DNA of 64,000 nucleotides from a virus, in the IMG/VR virus record IMGVR_UViG_3300033149_006574, positions 1 to 64,000 of that record; one strand, 5' to 3'. Positions 29,827 through 40,062 of the stretch are shown one piece after another; within the stretch, counting starts at the first letter, position 1; every line of letters starts with the position of its first letter. The notes beneath the pieces were generated by a model. The model saw only the letters and a list, made by a program, of their open reading frames with translations, did not search any database and had not been told where the DNA came from. Both the position numbers and the translations under genes were made by a program.

Positions 29827-30297
29827 ATGAATCAGGGTTGCTCTTGTGAAAAATGTGTAGCTGCTTGCTGGCATACCCCAGGTTGGTTTGGCTCGATTGA
29901 AGAAATTGAAGGGGCTGCTAGACTGATGGGAATGCCGGTAAAAGATTTTGTTAAAGAATTTCTTATCCAGGAATATTGGGTAGGGGAAGAAGAAGATATT
30001 ATTGTTCCTTCTCCACGCAGAAATTTTGATAGATATAAAGGACCAAAAGAAACAGATTATTCAGAGATTTTTAAAGAAGAAAATGGCAAAGGCTTTGTTC
30101 TAGCTAGTTGGGGACATAATCTCATAAGAGGATATGCTTGCATTTTTTTAGATGAGAATAATAGGTGTTTAATCCATCAGAGTAAGCCCAGAGAATGCAG
30201 AGAATGTTTTGTATGTAAGGGCCAATTTATTGATAGAAGCGATTTATTACCATATTGGAAAGAACATCAGGATTGGATAGGGGAAATGGAGAGATGA
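29827..30297 (+). CDS. YkgJ-like Cys-cluster (Zn/Fe-chelating) protein
   Basis: C.CEKC...C and CIFLD...CLIH..KP.EC. Confidence 0.7.
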   Translation: MNQGCSCEKCVAACWHTPGWFGSIEEIEGAARLMGMPVKDFVKEFLIQEYWVGEEEDIIVPSPRRNFDRYKGPKETDYSEIFKEENGKGFVLASWGHNLIRGYACIFLDENNRCLIHQSKPRECRECFVCKGQFIDRSDLLPYWKEHQDWIGEMER

Positions 30298-31097
30298 CAA
30301 TAACGAAAGATAAGATAAAAGAATTTTTAACTATGGCCAAATTATCTGGTCATTCAAATAATACGATAGCAGGATATGAGGGAGATTTAAATCAATTTTT
30401 CAATTATTCACGGGACTTAACTAAATCAAAAATAAATTCATGGATCGTAGATTTATACAATAAAAAAAGAAAATCAGCAACAATTCAGAGGAAAGTATAT
30501 GCACTAAAATCATTTGCTAAATTTTTGGGAAAAGAAAAAGAAATACCATCAATCAAATTCCAAACCAAGAAGCTATTACCGAAATATTTAAAACAGAAAG
30601 AAATTGAGATAGTATTGAGTAAAATTAAAAGCTTAAGGGACAAAGCAATATTTAATATTCTTCTATGCACTGGATTAAGAATCAGTGAATTAATTTCTAT
30701 AAATAGGGACGATATTTCTGATAACAAAATTAAAATAAAAGGCAAGGGGAATAAAGAGAGGATAGTTATTTTATCCAAGCAAGCCCTTAATATTTTAAAA
30801 AAGTATTTGGAAACTAGAAATGATGAGAATCCTGCATTATTTTTAGGTAATAAAAAGCAGAGGATAACCAGAGGTGGTTGTTATTTCTTAATAAAACATT
30901 GGTTACAATATTGCAATATTAATGGGAGCCCACATTGGTTAAGGCATACTTTTGCAACAAAACTTATTAAATCTGGCATGAGTATTTATGCATTATCAAA
31001 ATTATTAGGGCATTCATCTCCAACAATAACTCAGCGTTATGCTCATTTAGAAACCGCAGATTTGGAACAGGAATATGCAAAATACTGGAGGGATTGA
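30294..31097 (+). CDS. Tyrosine recombinase (XerC/D-like)
   Basis: TGLRISE, KGKGNKER, HWLRHTFAT, LLGH, TQRY; start ATG 30294 is coupled to the upstream stop. Confidence 0.93.
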   Translation: MTITKDKIKEFLTMAKLSGHSNNTIAGYEGDLNQFFNYSRDLTKSKINSWIVDLYNKKRKSATIQRKVYALKSFAKFLGKEKEIPSIKFQTKKLLPKYLKQKEIEIVLSKIKSLRDKAIFNILLCTGLRISELISINRDDISDNKIKIKGKGNKERIVILSKQALNILKKYLETRNDENPALFLGNKKQRITRGGCYFLIKHWLQYCNINGSPHWLRHTFATKLIKSGMSIYALSKLLGHSSPTITQRYAHLETADLEQEYAKYWRD

Positions 31098-31357
31098 TGA
31101 AAATTGAAGATTTGATAAGCAAAGGAAAAATACCATTCCCTATTTGGCTTAAGCATACAGGATTTCTTAATTATTCATATGATGAAAACGGGGATATTAT
31201 AGATATTTGTTTTGACCATTTGCCCTATCTTGGCAAGAAAGCTAAATTTTGGTCTTCTATTTATTTATATAATGACTATTGGATTATAGATACAAGAGAT
31301 GGTTCAGCAAGACTTATTGATTTTGATAAATGGTTCGAAGATAGATATGGAAGATAG
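31094..31357 (+). CDS. Hypothetical protein
   Basis: ORF in the operon. Confidence 0.5.
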   Translation: MMKIEDLISKGKIPFPIWLKHTGFLNYSYDENGDIIDICFDHLPYLGKKAKFWSSIYLYNDYWIIDTRDGSARLIDFDKWFEDRYGR

Positions 31358-31361
31358 GTAG

Positions 31362-32150
31362 ATGGAAAATAAAATCAATTCAATTATTTGTGGTGATTCG
31401 TTAGAAGAACTTAAAAAGATAAAAAGTAGGTCTATTGATTTAATTATTACATCGCCCCCATACAATACGGGAATTTCGTATGATAAACATGATGACAGAC
31501 AGGATTATAAAGTATATCTAAATAATATGGCAAAAATATTTGAACAATGTTATCGGATATTGGTTAAAGGCGGTCGCATAGCACTAAATAGTCCCTCAAT
31601 GATTATGCAGCATACAGGTTCAAGAGTAGCATATCTTAGCATTGATTTTTTATTAGCATTGAGAAAAGTTGGGTTTCAAGACCGCGAAATGATAATTTGG
31701 ATTAAGTCAAAGCCATCTAAAATTGGAAATGAATGGGCTATTCTTCCATCAGGGCATAGTACAAGTTGGGGCAGTTGGAAATCAGCTTCTAACCCTAGTA
31801 TAAGGGATGCAAGTGAATTTATAATTGTTATGCATAAGGAAACGCCAAAATTACAAACAAAAGGAATATCAGATATTACAAGAGATCAATTTTTGGCATG
31901 GACGACCAACGCCTTTTATTTTCCACCAGAGACATCTATGCGCAGATTTCATCCAGCTCCATTTCCTTTGGAATTGCCAAGGCGTCTTATTCTATTATAT
32001 TCATGCAAAAATGCGATAATTTTAGATCCATTTTGTGGAATAGGCACCACATGTCTGGCTGCGAAAAGATTAGGTAGAAGATATATTGGGATTGATATTT
32101 CTCCAACATATTGCAGAATTGCTAGAGATAGATTGAACGAGTTGCTTTAA
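31362..32150 (+). CDS. DNA methyltransferase, beta class (probably N4-cytosine)
   Basis: TSPPY; HPAPFP; LDPFCGIGTT. Confidence 0.92.
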   Translation: MENKINSIICGDSLEELKKIKSRSIDLIITSPPYNTGISYDKHDDRQDYKVYLNNMAKIFEQCYRILVKGGRIALNSPSMIMQHTGSRVAYLSIDFLLALRKVGFQDREMIIWIKSKPSKIGNEWAILPSGHSTSWGSWKSASNPSIRDASEFIIVMHKETPKLQTKGISDITRDQFLAWTTNAFYFPPETSMRRFHPAPFPLELPRRLILLYSCKNAIILDPFCGIGTTCLAAKRLGRRYIGIDISPTYCRIARDRLNELL

Positions 32151-32230
32151 TTACCCCCTCAGAGCCTCAAATTTGCGATTTAAGAGGGGAAATAGGAAAG
32201 GGAATAGGTAAATAAGAGAGAAGAGAAAAA

Positions 32231-33280
32231 ATGGAAGATAAACAGGAATTAGGGAAGCGATTATTAGATATCGTATTAGATAGAGAGCCAGATTATAATC
32301 CACCAATACTTTTAGGAAAAGATAATTTAAGACCTCAGAGCTTTTCAGATTTCATAGGGCAGGAAAAGGTTAAGGCTCAACTTAAAATTGCGGTAGAAGC
32401 ATCTCAAAAATTATCTACTTCAATAGACCATATTCTTTTAACTTCTTTTTTACCTGGAACGGGAAAAACAACATTAGCTAATATAGTGGCAAAAGAAAGA
32501 AAGGTAAAATTTTATATGGCTAATGCGGGAAGCATAGAGAAATATGTAGATTTATTTTGTTTATTAGGACAAGCCAGAAAGGATAAAAATCCAATTATAT
32601 TCATAGATGAGATACATAATTTAAAAACAGCATTAGCGGAAAGTATTTACAATGTTATGGAAGATCCTAATATGGAATTAACATATGAAGAATCTAACTG
32701 GGGAACAATTAGTTTTAAAATGCCACCATTTACTTTAATAGGTGCAACTGCAGGAAATCAAGGAATGTTACCCTCTCCATTTTTAGATAGATTTGGAATT
32801 AAAATAACATTGGAAGCTTATACAATTGAGGATATTATAAAGTTAATTAAGAAGAATATTAAAAAATTTCATATCAATTTAAATCAAAATGTTATAGAGG
32901 CTTTAGCCCAGATGTCTTGTTACACTCCTCGTCTGGCTAATAATTTACTGAAGCAATTATATAATTATTGTATTGTTAAAAAGATTAAAAATATAACAAT
33001 GAAAGATTTTTCTGCATTTAAGAAATTATATGATTTAGATGATTTAGGGTTAGATATGCCATCCCGTATGATTATTAAGGCATTAGCTGAAAGTCCTAAG
33101 GGTGCATTGGGAATCGATTCCCTTGCCAGAAAAACCCGAATAAATAAAAATACTATGATTCAGATTTATGAACCTAAATTGCTTGCATTGAAATTGATTG
33201 ATTATATGCCACGTGGTCGTGTATTAACACAAATTGGAAAGAGGTATTTTATTGAGAAAATGGATAAAAAGGAGAAATAA
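32231..33280 (+). CDS. ruvB: Holliday junction branch-migration helicase RuvB-like
   Basis: LRP..F.DFIGQ, DHILL, PGTGKTTLA, FIDEIH, PPFTLIGAT, DRFG, TPRLAN, YEP.L..PRGR. Confidence 0.9.
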   Translation: MEDKQELGKRLLDIVLDREPDYNPPILLGKDNLRPQSFSDFIGQEKVKAQLKIAVEASQKLSTSIDHILLTSFLPGTGKTTLANIVAKERKVKFYMANAGSIEKYVDLFCLLGQARKDKNPIIFIDEIHNLKTALAESIYNVMEDPNMELTYEESNWGTISFKMPPFTLIGATAGNQGMLPSPFLDRFGIKITLEAYTIEDIIKLIKKNIKKFHINLNQNVIEALAQMSCYTPRLANNLLKQLYNYCIVKKIKNITMKDFSAFKKLYDLDDLGLDMPSRMIIKALAESPKGALGIDSLARKTRINKNTMIQIYEPKLLALKLIDYMPRGRVLTQIGKRYFIEKMDKKEK

Positions 33281-33317
33281 TAGCCTCTAATTTAAATTAT
33301 ATGGCTATTTTGACCCC

Positions 33318-33346
33318 TTGACAACTGTCCATTTGTGAAATATAAT
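33318..33346 (+). promoter_or_regulatory. Consensus sigma70 promoter
   Basis: TTGACA-17 nt-TATAAT. Confidence 0.85.
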
Positions 33347-33371
33347 CAAGAAAAAAGGGAGAAAAAAGTAA

Positions 33372-33809
33372 ATGGAAAGTAGAGAAAAAGCACGAGAAAG
33401 ATCTAGACTTTGGTATTTGGCTAATAAAGAGCGTCATAAGGAATATAATAAGAAATATTATTCTCTCAATAAAGAAAGGGTTAGAGAGTATCAAAGAAAA
33501 TATCGTAGGGAACATAAGGATTGGTATAAAAATTATTATTTAGCTAATAGGGAGAGAATTTTACAAAAACAAAGAGAATGGCGTATATCCCATTTTAAGG
33601 TTAAAAAGAAATTGGTTCCTGACAATTGGATAACAACGCAACAGGTCTGCCAAATGCTGAATGTTTCCAGGGAAAGAGTGCGTCAATTAAGAAATGAAAG
33701 AAGGATTCCATATCTTGAATTAAGTTCTCATATTCTTATCTATCCTAAAGATGAAATAGAGAAAAAGAGGAGGATGAGAGATGTCAAAACCAGCAAGATT
33801 ATTAGTTAA
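33372..33809 (+). CDS. HTH_17-type regulator with N-terminal basic repeats
   Basis: (KEYxxKYYxxNKER)n plus WITTQQVCQMLNVSRERVRQL. Confidence 0.75.
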   Translation: MESREKARERSRLWYLANKERHKEYNKKYYSLNKERVREYQRKYRREHKDWYKNYYLANRERILQKQREWRISHFKVKKKLVPDNWITTQQVCQMLNVSRERVRQLRNERRIPYLELSSHILIYPKDEIEKKRRMRDVKTSKIIS

Positions 33810-34125
33810 AGAAGTGGCAAGGATAATGGATACTTCAAATGTATATGCTCAGAGAATGATTAATGCTGTGATTGCGGGTATTTTAAGAGAAATTATAGAA
33901 AAAGGAGAATGTTCTATTTTTAATTTTGGTTTATTTTATACCCATCGAAGAAAATCATACGTAGCTCCATTCGATAAGAATGTTATTATTCCCCCAAAAA
34001 TTCAAATTTCTTTTCGTCCATCTAAAAGTGTAAAAAAGCTGATCAACTCTAAAAGCCAGGAGGAACAAAGTGGAGAACAAAGTGAAGATGAGGACAGGGA
34101 GTTTGGACAGCATTCCGATACCTGA
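33781..34125 (+). CDS. HU/IHF-family DNA-binding protein
   Basis: G.CSIFNFGLF..R...IPPK..ISFRPSK. Confidence 0.8.
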   Translation: MSKPARLLVKEVARIMDTSNVYAQRMINAVIAGILREIIEKGECSIFNFGLFYTHRRKSYVAPFDKNVIIPPKIQISFRPSKSVKKLINSKSQEEQSGEQSEDEDREFGQHSDT

Positions 34126-34306
34126 GTTAAATAATTTTCATAATAAGCTTGTAGGGAAATTGGCAGAAGGAATAATTCAAAGTGTTGAGTTATATGTCAG
34201 GATCCATATTCAGCCAAAACCTAAGTGGTTACCAAAATGGCTCTGGTATAAAATTTTAAAGAGATTATTGGTTTTACAAAGATTTTCGGACTTCAACCAT
34301 GAATAA
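34070..34306 (+). CDS. Hypothetical protein
   Basis: IQPKPKWLPKWLW motif; AGGAGG SD. Confidence 0.55.
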   Translation: MENKVKMRTGSLDSIPIPELNNFHNKLVGKLAEGIIQSVELYVRIHIQPKPKWLPKWLWYKILKRLLVLQRFSDFNHE

Positions 34307-34454
34307 AATCTATGCTATGCACATTACAATAGAAATTAAAGCCAGAAGCTTAGAAAGTGCATTAAAAAAATTGGAACCATTAAAAAATCGCAAAAAATAT
34401 AAAGTAGTTAAAATAGAATATGCGAATGCATATAGAAAGTAGGGGTTTATTAAA

Positions 34455-34967
34455 ATGCAATTTGATCTAAAAAGGGTTAAAGAAGCTGAGGAATATCTGA
34501 GGGATTATAATAAGGGCCAAGATATATTTGAAAGGGTTTATCGGTCATATCATGGTAGCTATAAAATTATTTGGGCAAGGTATGATGCAATTTATTTTCT
34601 GTATCTATCACTCTACATATTGAAACTGGTTAATAAGACCGAAAATGATGAAGAGAAGCTTATTAAAGTTATTAAACCATGTATTAGAAAGTCATCCCTT
34701 ACACAAAAGATCTTTAGCGAAATGGTTAAAAATGATTTCATGAAAGTAAAAAAAGCTTGGTACGACATTGAAGACCATATAATTCCATACTTAGGTTATT
34801 TAATCTTTTTCAAAACTATTCTGGAATGTCTTATTGAGTATGCCCATAAAAGAACTGGAAATGAACCATATGGAAGATTCATAGAATATTTTGAAGGAAC
34901 TGCTGAATATTTTATAGGAGATTTATATGTATCAGAAAAGAAAAAAGATAAAATATCCAACCGATAA
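34455..34967 (+). CDS. Hypothetical protein
   Basis: 170 aa ORF. Confidence 0.55.
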   Translation: MQFDLKRVKEAEEYLRDYNKGQDIFERVYRSYHGSYKIIWARYDAIYFLYLSLYILKLVNKTENDEEKLIKVIKPCIRKSSLTQKIFSEMVKNDFMKVKKAWYDIEDHIIPYLGYLIFFKTILECLIEYAHKRTGNEPYGRFIEYFEGTAEYFIGDLYVSEKKKDKISNR

Positions 34968-35223
34968 AAATGTTTTAAGAATTATTAAAAAATTTCTACA
35001 TGATTATCAGGTAGTTGGTGTTCTACGTACAACTCCAGTTCAAGAATTTTGGATAGCAGGAATGCCACGTATAGAACATACCGGTGCTTGTAGAATTACT
35101 TTAGAGGGATATAAGTTACGGAAATGGGAATTAAAAAAAAAGAATAAGAAAGGAGGGTAATTAAAATGACAGATGTTAAAGATTTCGATGAAAATTCAAT
35201 TGAAATACATGAGGGGGTAACGG

Positions 35224-35514
35224 ATGAAAGGTAATTTTAAAAACTTTCCATATTTGAAAGAAGTATTATGCAAGATGTGTTCAATGGTTGGAGCTGATTT
35301 TAATAAAATAGATTTTAAGGAAAGATATTGGTTTCGAAAATATTCTTGGACACAGGAAAAAGAAAAAGAATTTTCTGAATGGCTTTTCAATTATTTAAAA
35401 ACTAATAGAAAAGCAAGAAATGAATTAATGGAAGTTCCTTTAAATAATAACAAAGCTATAAAAAATTTTATTCAAATGTTTCTTCTCTCTTATGGTTGGA
35501 CTTACACAGAATGA
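35224..35514 (+). CDS. Hypothetical protein
   Basis: WF..YSWT...F.EWL motif. Confidence 0.55.
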   Translation: MKGNFKNFPYLKEVLCKMCSMVGADFNKIDFKERYWFRKYSWTQEKEKEFSEWLFNYLKTNRKARNELMEVPLNNNKAIKNFIQMFLLSYGWTYTE

Positions 35515-35909
35515 AAGGAGGCTCAAAATGTTTAAATTTTTTGCTTGGGTAGTTATGGTAACTATAGTTTTAAAGTTATTGATCACCCCGTATTATGCTG
35601 GACAAAAAAAAGAAAAAGGGCATTTTGATATATCAGATATTATTGCGACAATAGTTGAAGCAACGATATTGGTGCCTTTATGTTTAAGAGTTCTGGAAAT
35701 AATTTAAATGGAAAAATTGGAAGTTAAAATTTTGGGATATATGGTAAGAGGCATTAAACTCGAATTAATATACTTACCGCAAATGTCCTCTAAATATTCC
35801 ATTAGAACCGGAAGGACTATGCTTGATTCTTTCGATAATGAGGAAAAGGCAACAATATATTTCAATGGGGTAAAAGAAGGAATAGAAATAGGCTATAACC
35901 AGAAAGGGG

Positions 35910-36167
35910 GTGAATAAGATGAACCGGGAAGACTGGAAAGATTTTTGCACATTTGTTCTCGTTATTGCAATCATTATAAGTATTTCATTTGCCATTGTTA
36001 GTGTTCCGCTTTTGATTAGCTCATCTAAACGGGCTAGAGTGATTAATGAAGAATTCGGAACACAATATACAACTTGGGATATGTTTTTGGCAGGAAAAAC
36101 AATTGAAAGAGTATTGATAGGGCAGAAACATCATATTGAAATTAATGAGGAGGTGATTGGTAAATGA
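35910..36167 (+). CDS. Membrane protein
   Basis: One TM helix; IN..FGTQYT. Confidence 0.55.
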   Translation: MNKMNREDWKDFCTFVLVIAIIISISFAIVSVPLLISSSKRARVINEEFGTQYTTWDMFLAGKTIERVLIGQKHHIEINEEVIGK

Positions 36168-36415
36168 TCACATTAGGAAAAAAAGTAAAAGATAGAATAA
36201 CAGGCTTCGTAGGAATTGCAACTGGCAGGGCAGTATATTTGAATGATTGTGTTCGCGTTCAGGTTACACCTTCGAAACTCAAAAATCCAAAAGCTGAACC
36301 CGAATGGTTCGATGAAGAGGATTTAAAAGAAATTGGACCAGGAATACTTACTAAGCCCAAAAAGCCAACGGGTGGTCCACGTAGATATGAACCAAAAAAG
36401 AGGAGGATAAAATGA
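36164..36415 (+). CDS. Conserved phage SH3-like hypothetical protein
   Basis: LG.KVKDRITGF.GIAT.R..YL..C...WFDE..L...GGP. Confidence 0.7.
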   Translation: MITLGKKVKDRITGFVGIATGRAVYLNDCVRVQVTPSKLKNPKAEPEWFDEEDLKEIGPGILTKPKKPTGGPRRYEPKKRRIK

Positions 36416-37407
36416 AAGAAAAGGAACAGGAAGAATTCGTGAATGGAGAGAAAACATTAGTACCAACAGAAATAATCTCTCCGCTAGAGGCAATTACAAA
36501 AGGGGAGATTGATACGCAGATTGCAACAGCAAAGCGTTATCCACGCTCAATTGATGCATTCTATAAGAATGCTCTTTCAATGGCAACTGGTAATAAGGAT
36601 ATCGCCCAGAGATGTTTTTATCGCTTAGAGAGAACGGATAAAAATGGGAAAAAGGTAATAATTGAAGGGCCTAGTATTCGTTTAGCAGAAATATGTGCTA
36701 ACTCATGGGGAAATTTTAGATATGGTGCTAGAATTGTAGGTGAGAACGATAAAACAGTGGTAGCACAGGGCGTTGCTTTTGACCTGGAAAGAAATGTTTC
36801 CTCTTCTATTGAAGTCTCTCGCCGAATAACGACAAAAACAGGACAAAAATTTTCCGATGATATGATACAGGTTACTAAGAATGCAGCCTGTTCAATTGCA
36901 CTAAGAAATGCTATTAATAAGGTAATACCCTATGCTTACATACAGGGTATATATGAACAGGCAAAACAAGTCGCAGTGGGAACAAAGAAAACATTGAAAA
37001 CTCGAAAGAAAGAACTCTTGGAAATGTATAAAGAATTGGGAATAACGGAAAAACAACTTTTAGAGAAATTAGAAAAACCAAGTATGGCAGATATTACACT
37101 TACGGACATTGAAAGAGGGTTAGGCCTTTACACTGCGATAAAAGATGGCGATACGACAATTTCTGAACAATTTGGCCCAAAGTCCACTAAGCCAGAAGTA
37201 GAAATGCCACAAGCAAAAAAGCCAGGAAGGCCCTCTAGCTTTCTTCTCGAAATTAAACCTCTAGTAGATAAAGTAAAAGATTCTAATAGTTACGAAAATC
37301 TATTAAATAACTTTGGCGTATCTTCGCCACTTGAAATTCCGAAAGAACAACAAGAGGAATTTCTAATACAATTAAAAGAAATAGCAAATGCAGAATCTTC
37401 AAGCTAA
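36412..37407 (+). CDS. Probable ssDNA-annealing recombinase
   Basis: IDTQIATAKRYPR, EGPSIRLAE, WGN, DLE.N, A.RNAI; adjacent to an exonuclease. Confidence 0.65.
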   Translation: MKEKEQEEFVNGEKTLVPTEIISPLEAITKGEIDTQIATAKRYPRSIDAFYKNALSMATGNKDIAQRCFYRLERTDKNGKKVIIEGPSIRLAEICANSWGNFRYGARIVGENDKTVVAQGVAFDLERNVSSSIEVSRRITTKTGQKFSDDMIQVTKNAACSIALRNAINKVIPYAYIQGIYEQAKQVAVGTKKTLKTRKKELLEMYKELGITEKQLLEKLEKPSMADITLTDIERGLGLYTAIKDGDTTISEQFGPKSTKPEVEMPQAKKPGRPSSFLLEIKPLVDKVKDSNSYENLLNNFGVSSPLEIPKEQQEEFLIQLKEIANAESSS

Positions 37408-37963
37408 GATAAAAGATTGGCCACATGTAACTGAAATTCTCAAGGCAGAAAGCTTTATTGATTATTCATCTATTAATGAAGACATCTTGTCTGCTAATCA
37501 GCGTTTTGGAACAGCAGTGCATAAAGCCACAGAGCTTTCTGACCTTGAGATATTAGATATAACAACTCTATCAAAGTCACTTATCCCTTATCTTAATGCT
37601 TGGGAAAAAGCAAAAAAAGAACTTGGATTAAAAGTATTAAAACAGTATGTAGAAAAATTAGTCTGGTCAAATCGATGGAAATTCAGAGGAACGCTTGACC
37701 GGATTATGGAAAGAAGGGGGAAATTAGCCCTGATAGAAATAAAAGCAACAGCTTCAATTTTACCGGCTAATTGTCTTCAAACTGCTTTCTATCAAATTGC
37801 TTTTGAGGAAATGACCAGGAAAAAGATAAAAGAACGGTGGGTCATACGATTAAAACCTGATGGTTATGAGGCAAAACTTTGTAAAGAAATGTCTGATAAA
37901 GATGTTTGTATCGGTATGGTGCAATCATATTATTGGAAAAGAATGCATTTGAAAAGGGGGTAA
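37388..37963 (+). CDS. PD-(D/E)XK exonuclease
   Basis: PHVTEIL, GTAVH, GTLDR, IEIK, LQTAFY. Confidence 0.8.
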   Translation: MQNLQAKIKDWPHVTEILKAESFIDYSSINEDILSANQRFGTAVHKATELSDLEILDITTLSKSLIPYLNAWEKAKKELGLKVLKQYVEKLVWSNRWKFRGTLDRIMERRGKLALIEIKATASILPANCLQTAFYQIAFEEMTRKKIKERWVIRLKPDGYEAKLCKEMSDKDVCIGMVQSYYWKRMHLKRG

Positions 37964-37965
37964 TC

Positions 37966-38643
37966 ATGCCAACGAAATTAATCCCAAAAGAGGCAGAAGA
38001 ATTTGTAGGTAATACTCTTCAGGAACTCCAGAGGATTACAGAAGTAAATATTACTAGTAAAGAAGATTATATAAGAGCAAATGATATATTGAAACAGATA
38101 AAGAAAAAAGAAAAAGAATTACTGAATATCCGTTTATCAATAACCCGTCCTTTGGATGATAGTAAAGCAAAAATAATAGATTTTTTTAGACCAACACAAG
38201 AAAATTTAGCAAGAGTAAAGAATATATATAATAATGCTATGATAAAATGGCATCAGGAACAAGAAAATAAACGTATAGCTGAAGAAAAACGTTTGCAAGA
38301 GCTGGCAAAAAAAGAAGAGGAAAAAAAGCGTCAATCCTTATTAAAAAGAGCAGAAAAGCAAAGAGAAAAAGGTAATATAGAAAAGGCAGAAGAACTAAAA
38401 GAAAAAGCAGAGGATATATATATCCCTTCCCCTGTTGTTATATCAGATGAACCAAAACCAAAAGGAACTTATATAATTAAAACTTGGAAATATAAAGTAA
38501 TCGATATTTCGAAAGTAGACCGGAAATGGTTAATACCAAATGATAAAATGCTTACAGATTTTGCAAGGGCAACAAAAGGACAAGTGCCGATAGAAGGCAT
38601 AGAGTTTTATTGCATAGAAACTATTGCTAATAGAGAAACGTGA
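37966..38643 (+). CDS. Coiled-coil protein of recombination module (Gp157/Gam-like)
   Basis: Coiled coil; W.YKVID...I.GIEFY C-terminus; likely start ATG 37966. Confidence 0.55.
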   Translation: MPTKLIPKEAEEFVGNTLQELQRITEVNITSKEDYIRANDILKQIKKKEKELLNIRLSITRPLDDSKAKIIDFFRPTQENLARVKNIYNNAMIKWHQEQENKRIAEEKRLQELAKKEEEKKRQSLLKRAEKQREKGNIEKAEELKEKAEDIYIPSPVVISDEPKPKGTYIIKTWKYKVIDISKVDRKWLIPNDKMLTDFARATKGQVPIEGIEFYCIETIANRET

Positions 38644-38772
38644 AAAAAGATGAAGAAAATTTTTAAATATCAAATACCTTTTGAACATCAGTATTTTGAC
38701 CTTGCTTTACCAAAAGGTTCACGAATTTTAACTTTACAATTGCAGGATGGTATTCCTTATTTATCTATTCCG

Positions 38773-39976
38773 GGCAAGAAGACCCCATCCGCAAGGGTGG
38801 GGATGAATTGCCTCTCTTGATTTTTAGGCAGAAGTAATATATCACATAAATATGAGATTAACATACAAATACAGACTTTTTCCCGCAAAGAAACACGAGA
38901 CAATTCTTGACAAGACATTGGAAGAATGTCGCTGGCTCTATAATCATTTCCTTAAAGAACGCAAAATTTCCTGGGAAAAGAATAAAAAATCTCTTAATTA
39001 TCATTCTCAAGCAGTATCCATTCCTAAACTTAAAAAGCAAAGACCATCTCTTAATTCCATATATTCTCAGGTCCTGCAGAACGTTGCTATTCGTGTTGAC
39101 CTTGCATTTAAGGCATTCTTCCGCAGAGTTAAATCTGGTGAAAAACCAGGTTATCCTCGCTTCAGAGGACAGGGTAGATATGATTCGTTTTGTTATCCTC
39201 AAACAGGATTCAAGATAATTAAGAATAAACTTAATCTTTCTAAAGTAGGTTCTATTGAAATCAAAATAAAAGGAATTATTAAGAACCTTACTATCAGAAA
39301 ACAGAGAGATAAATGGTATGCCTGTTTTTCCTGTGAAGTTAAGAGTAAACCTCTTAAAGAATCTAAACATGCTATTGGTATAGATATGGGACTTGAAACT
39401 TTTGCCACATTTTCTAATGGCCAAAAGATAGAAAATCCTCGCTTTTTCAAGACAGACCAAAAGGCACTTGCCAGAGCCCAAAGAAAATTGTCTAAACAGA
39501 AAAAAGGTTCTCTTGAAAGAAAGAAAGCTAAAAAGATTGTTGCTCGTATTCACGAAAGAATCTCTAATAGACGAAATAACTTTTGCCATCAGGAAGCAAG
39601 AAAGATTATCAATCGCTTTGGTATAATTTGTATTGAAGATTTGTCTATCAATCAAATGCAAAGAGACAACTTCAGAAGTATTAACAGGAGCATTGACGAT
39701 GTAGCGTGGGGACAATTTGCTCAATATCTCTCCTACAAAGCAGAATACGCTGGTAGGCAATTGATAAGAGTAAATCCTGCTTATACATCGCAAACTTGTT
39801 CTCGGTGCGGACAAAGACAAAAACTTAAATTGTCTGAACGTGTATATCATTGCAACTCCTGTGGTTTTTCGCTTGACCGAGATATAAATGCTTCTCTAAA
39901 CATTTTGAGATTGGGAACACAATCTCTTGGTATCCAATCCATAGAAGCCCCTTCCGTCAGGTAGGGGAATGTTCAC
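38773..39976 (+). mobile_element. IS200/IS605-family element (tnpB only, no tnpA)
   Basis: Left end GGCAAGAAGACCCCATCC-GCAA-GGGTGGGGATGAATTGCC; right end AGAAGCCCCT...AGGGGAATGTTCAC; removal restores the host ORF with no target duplication. Confidence 0.85.
38852..39964 (+). CDS. tnpB: RNA-guided endonuclease TnpB
   Basis: TYKYRL, GYPRF, RuvC GIDMG / IEDL / DRDINA, Zn finger CSRC..CNSC. Confidence 0.95.
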   Translation: MRLTYKYRLFPAKKHETILDKTLEECRWLYNHFLKERKISWEKNKKSLNYHSQAVSIPKLKKQRPSLNSIYSQVLQNVAIRVDLAFKAFFRRVKSGEKPGYPRFRGQGRYDSFCYPQTGFKIIKNKLNLSKVGSIEIKIKGIIKNLTIRKQRDKWYACFSCEVKSKPLKESKHAIGIDMGLETFATFSNGQKIENPRFFKTDQKALARAQRKLSKQKKGSLERKKAKKIVARIHERISNRRNNFCHQEARKIINRFGIICIEDLSINQMQRDNFRSINRSIDDVAWGQFAQYLSYKAEYAGRQLIRVNPAYTSQTCSRCGQRQKLKLSERVYHCNSCGFSLDRDINASLNILRLGTQSLGIQSIEAPSVR

Positions 39977-40062
39977 GATGATTCGTCAGTTCAATTTATT
40001 GGAATGTTTCAAAGGGTGGGATATGTATTCCATTTGTTTGAACTTTTTATAGGAGGGGAAAA

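Noticed and set aside
30294-31097. Prophage boundary/attP next to the recombinase
   Set aside because: Phage genes continue tightly on both sides; no host genes or att-like gap.
38773-38851. IStron (group I intron + tnpB) allowing splicing of the host gene
   Set aside because: Only ~80 nt precede tnpB, too short for a ribozyme core.
38858-39850. 330-aa antisense ORF over tnpB
   Set aside because: No motifs or RBS; best explained as a shadow ORF from tnpB codon usage.
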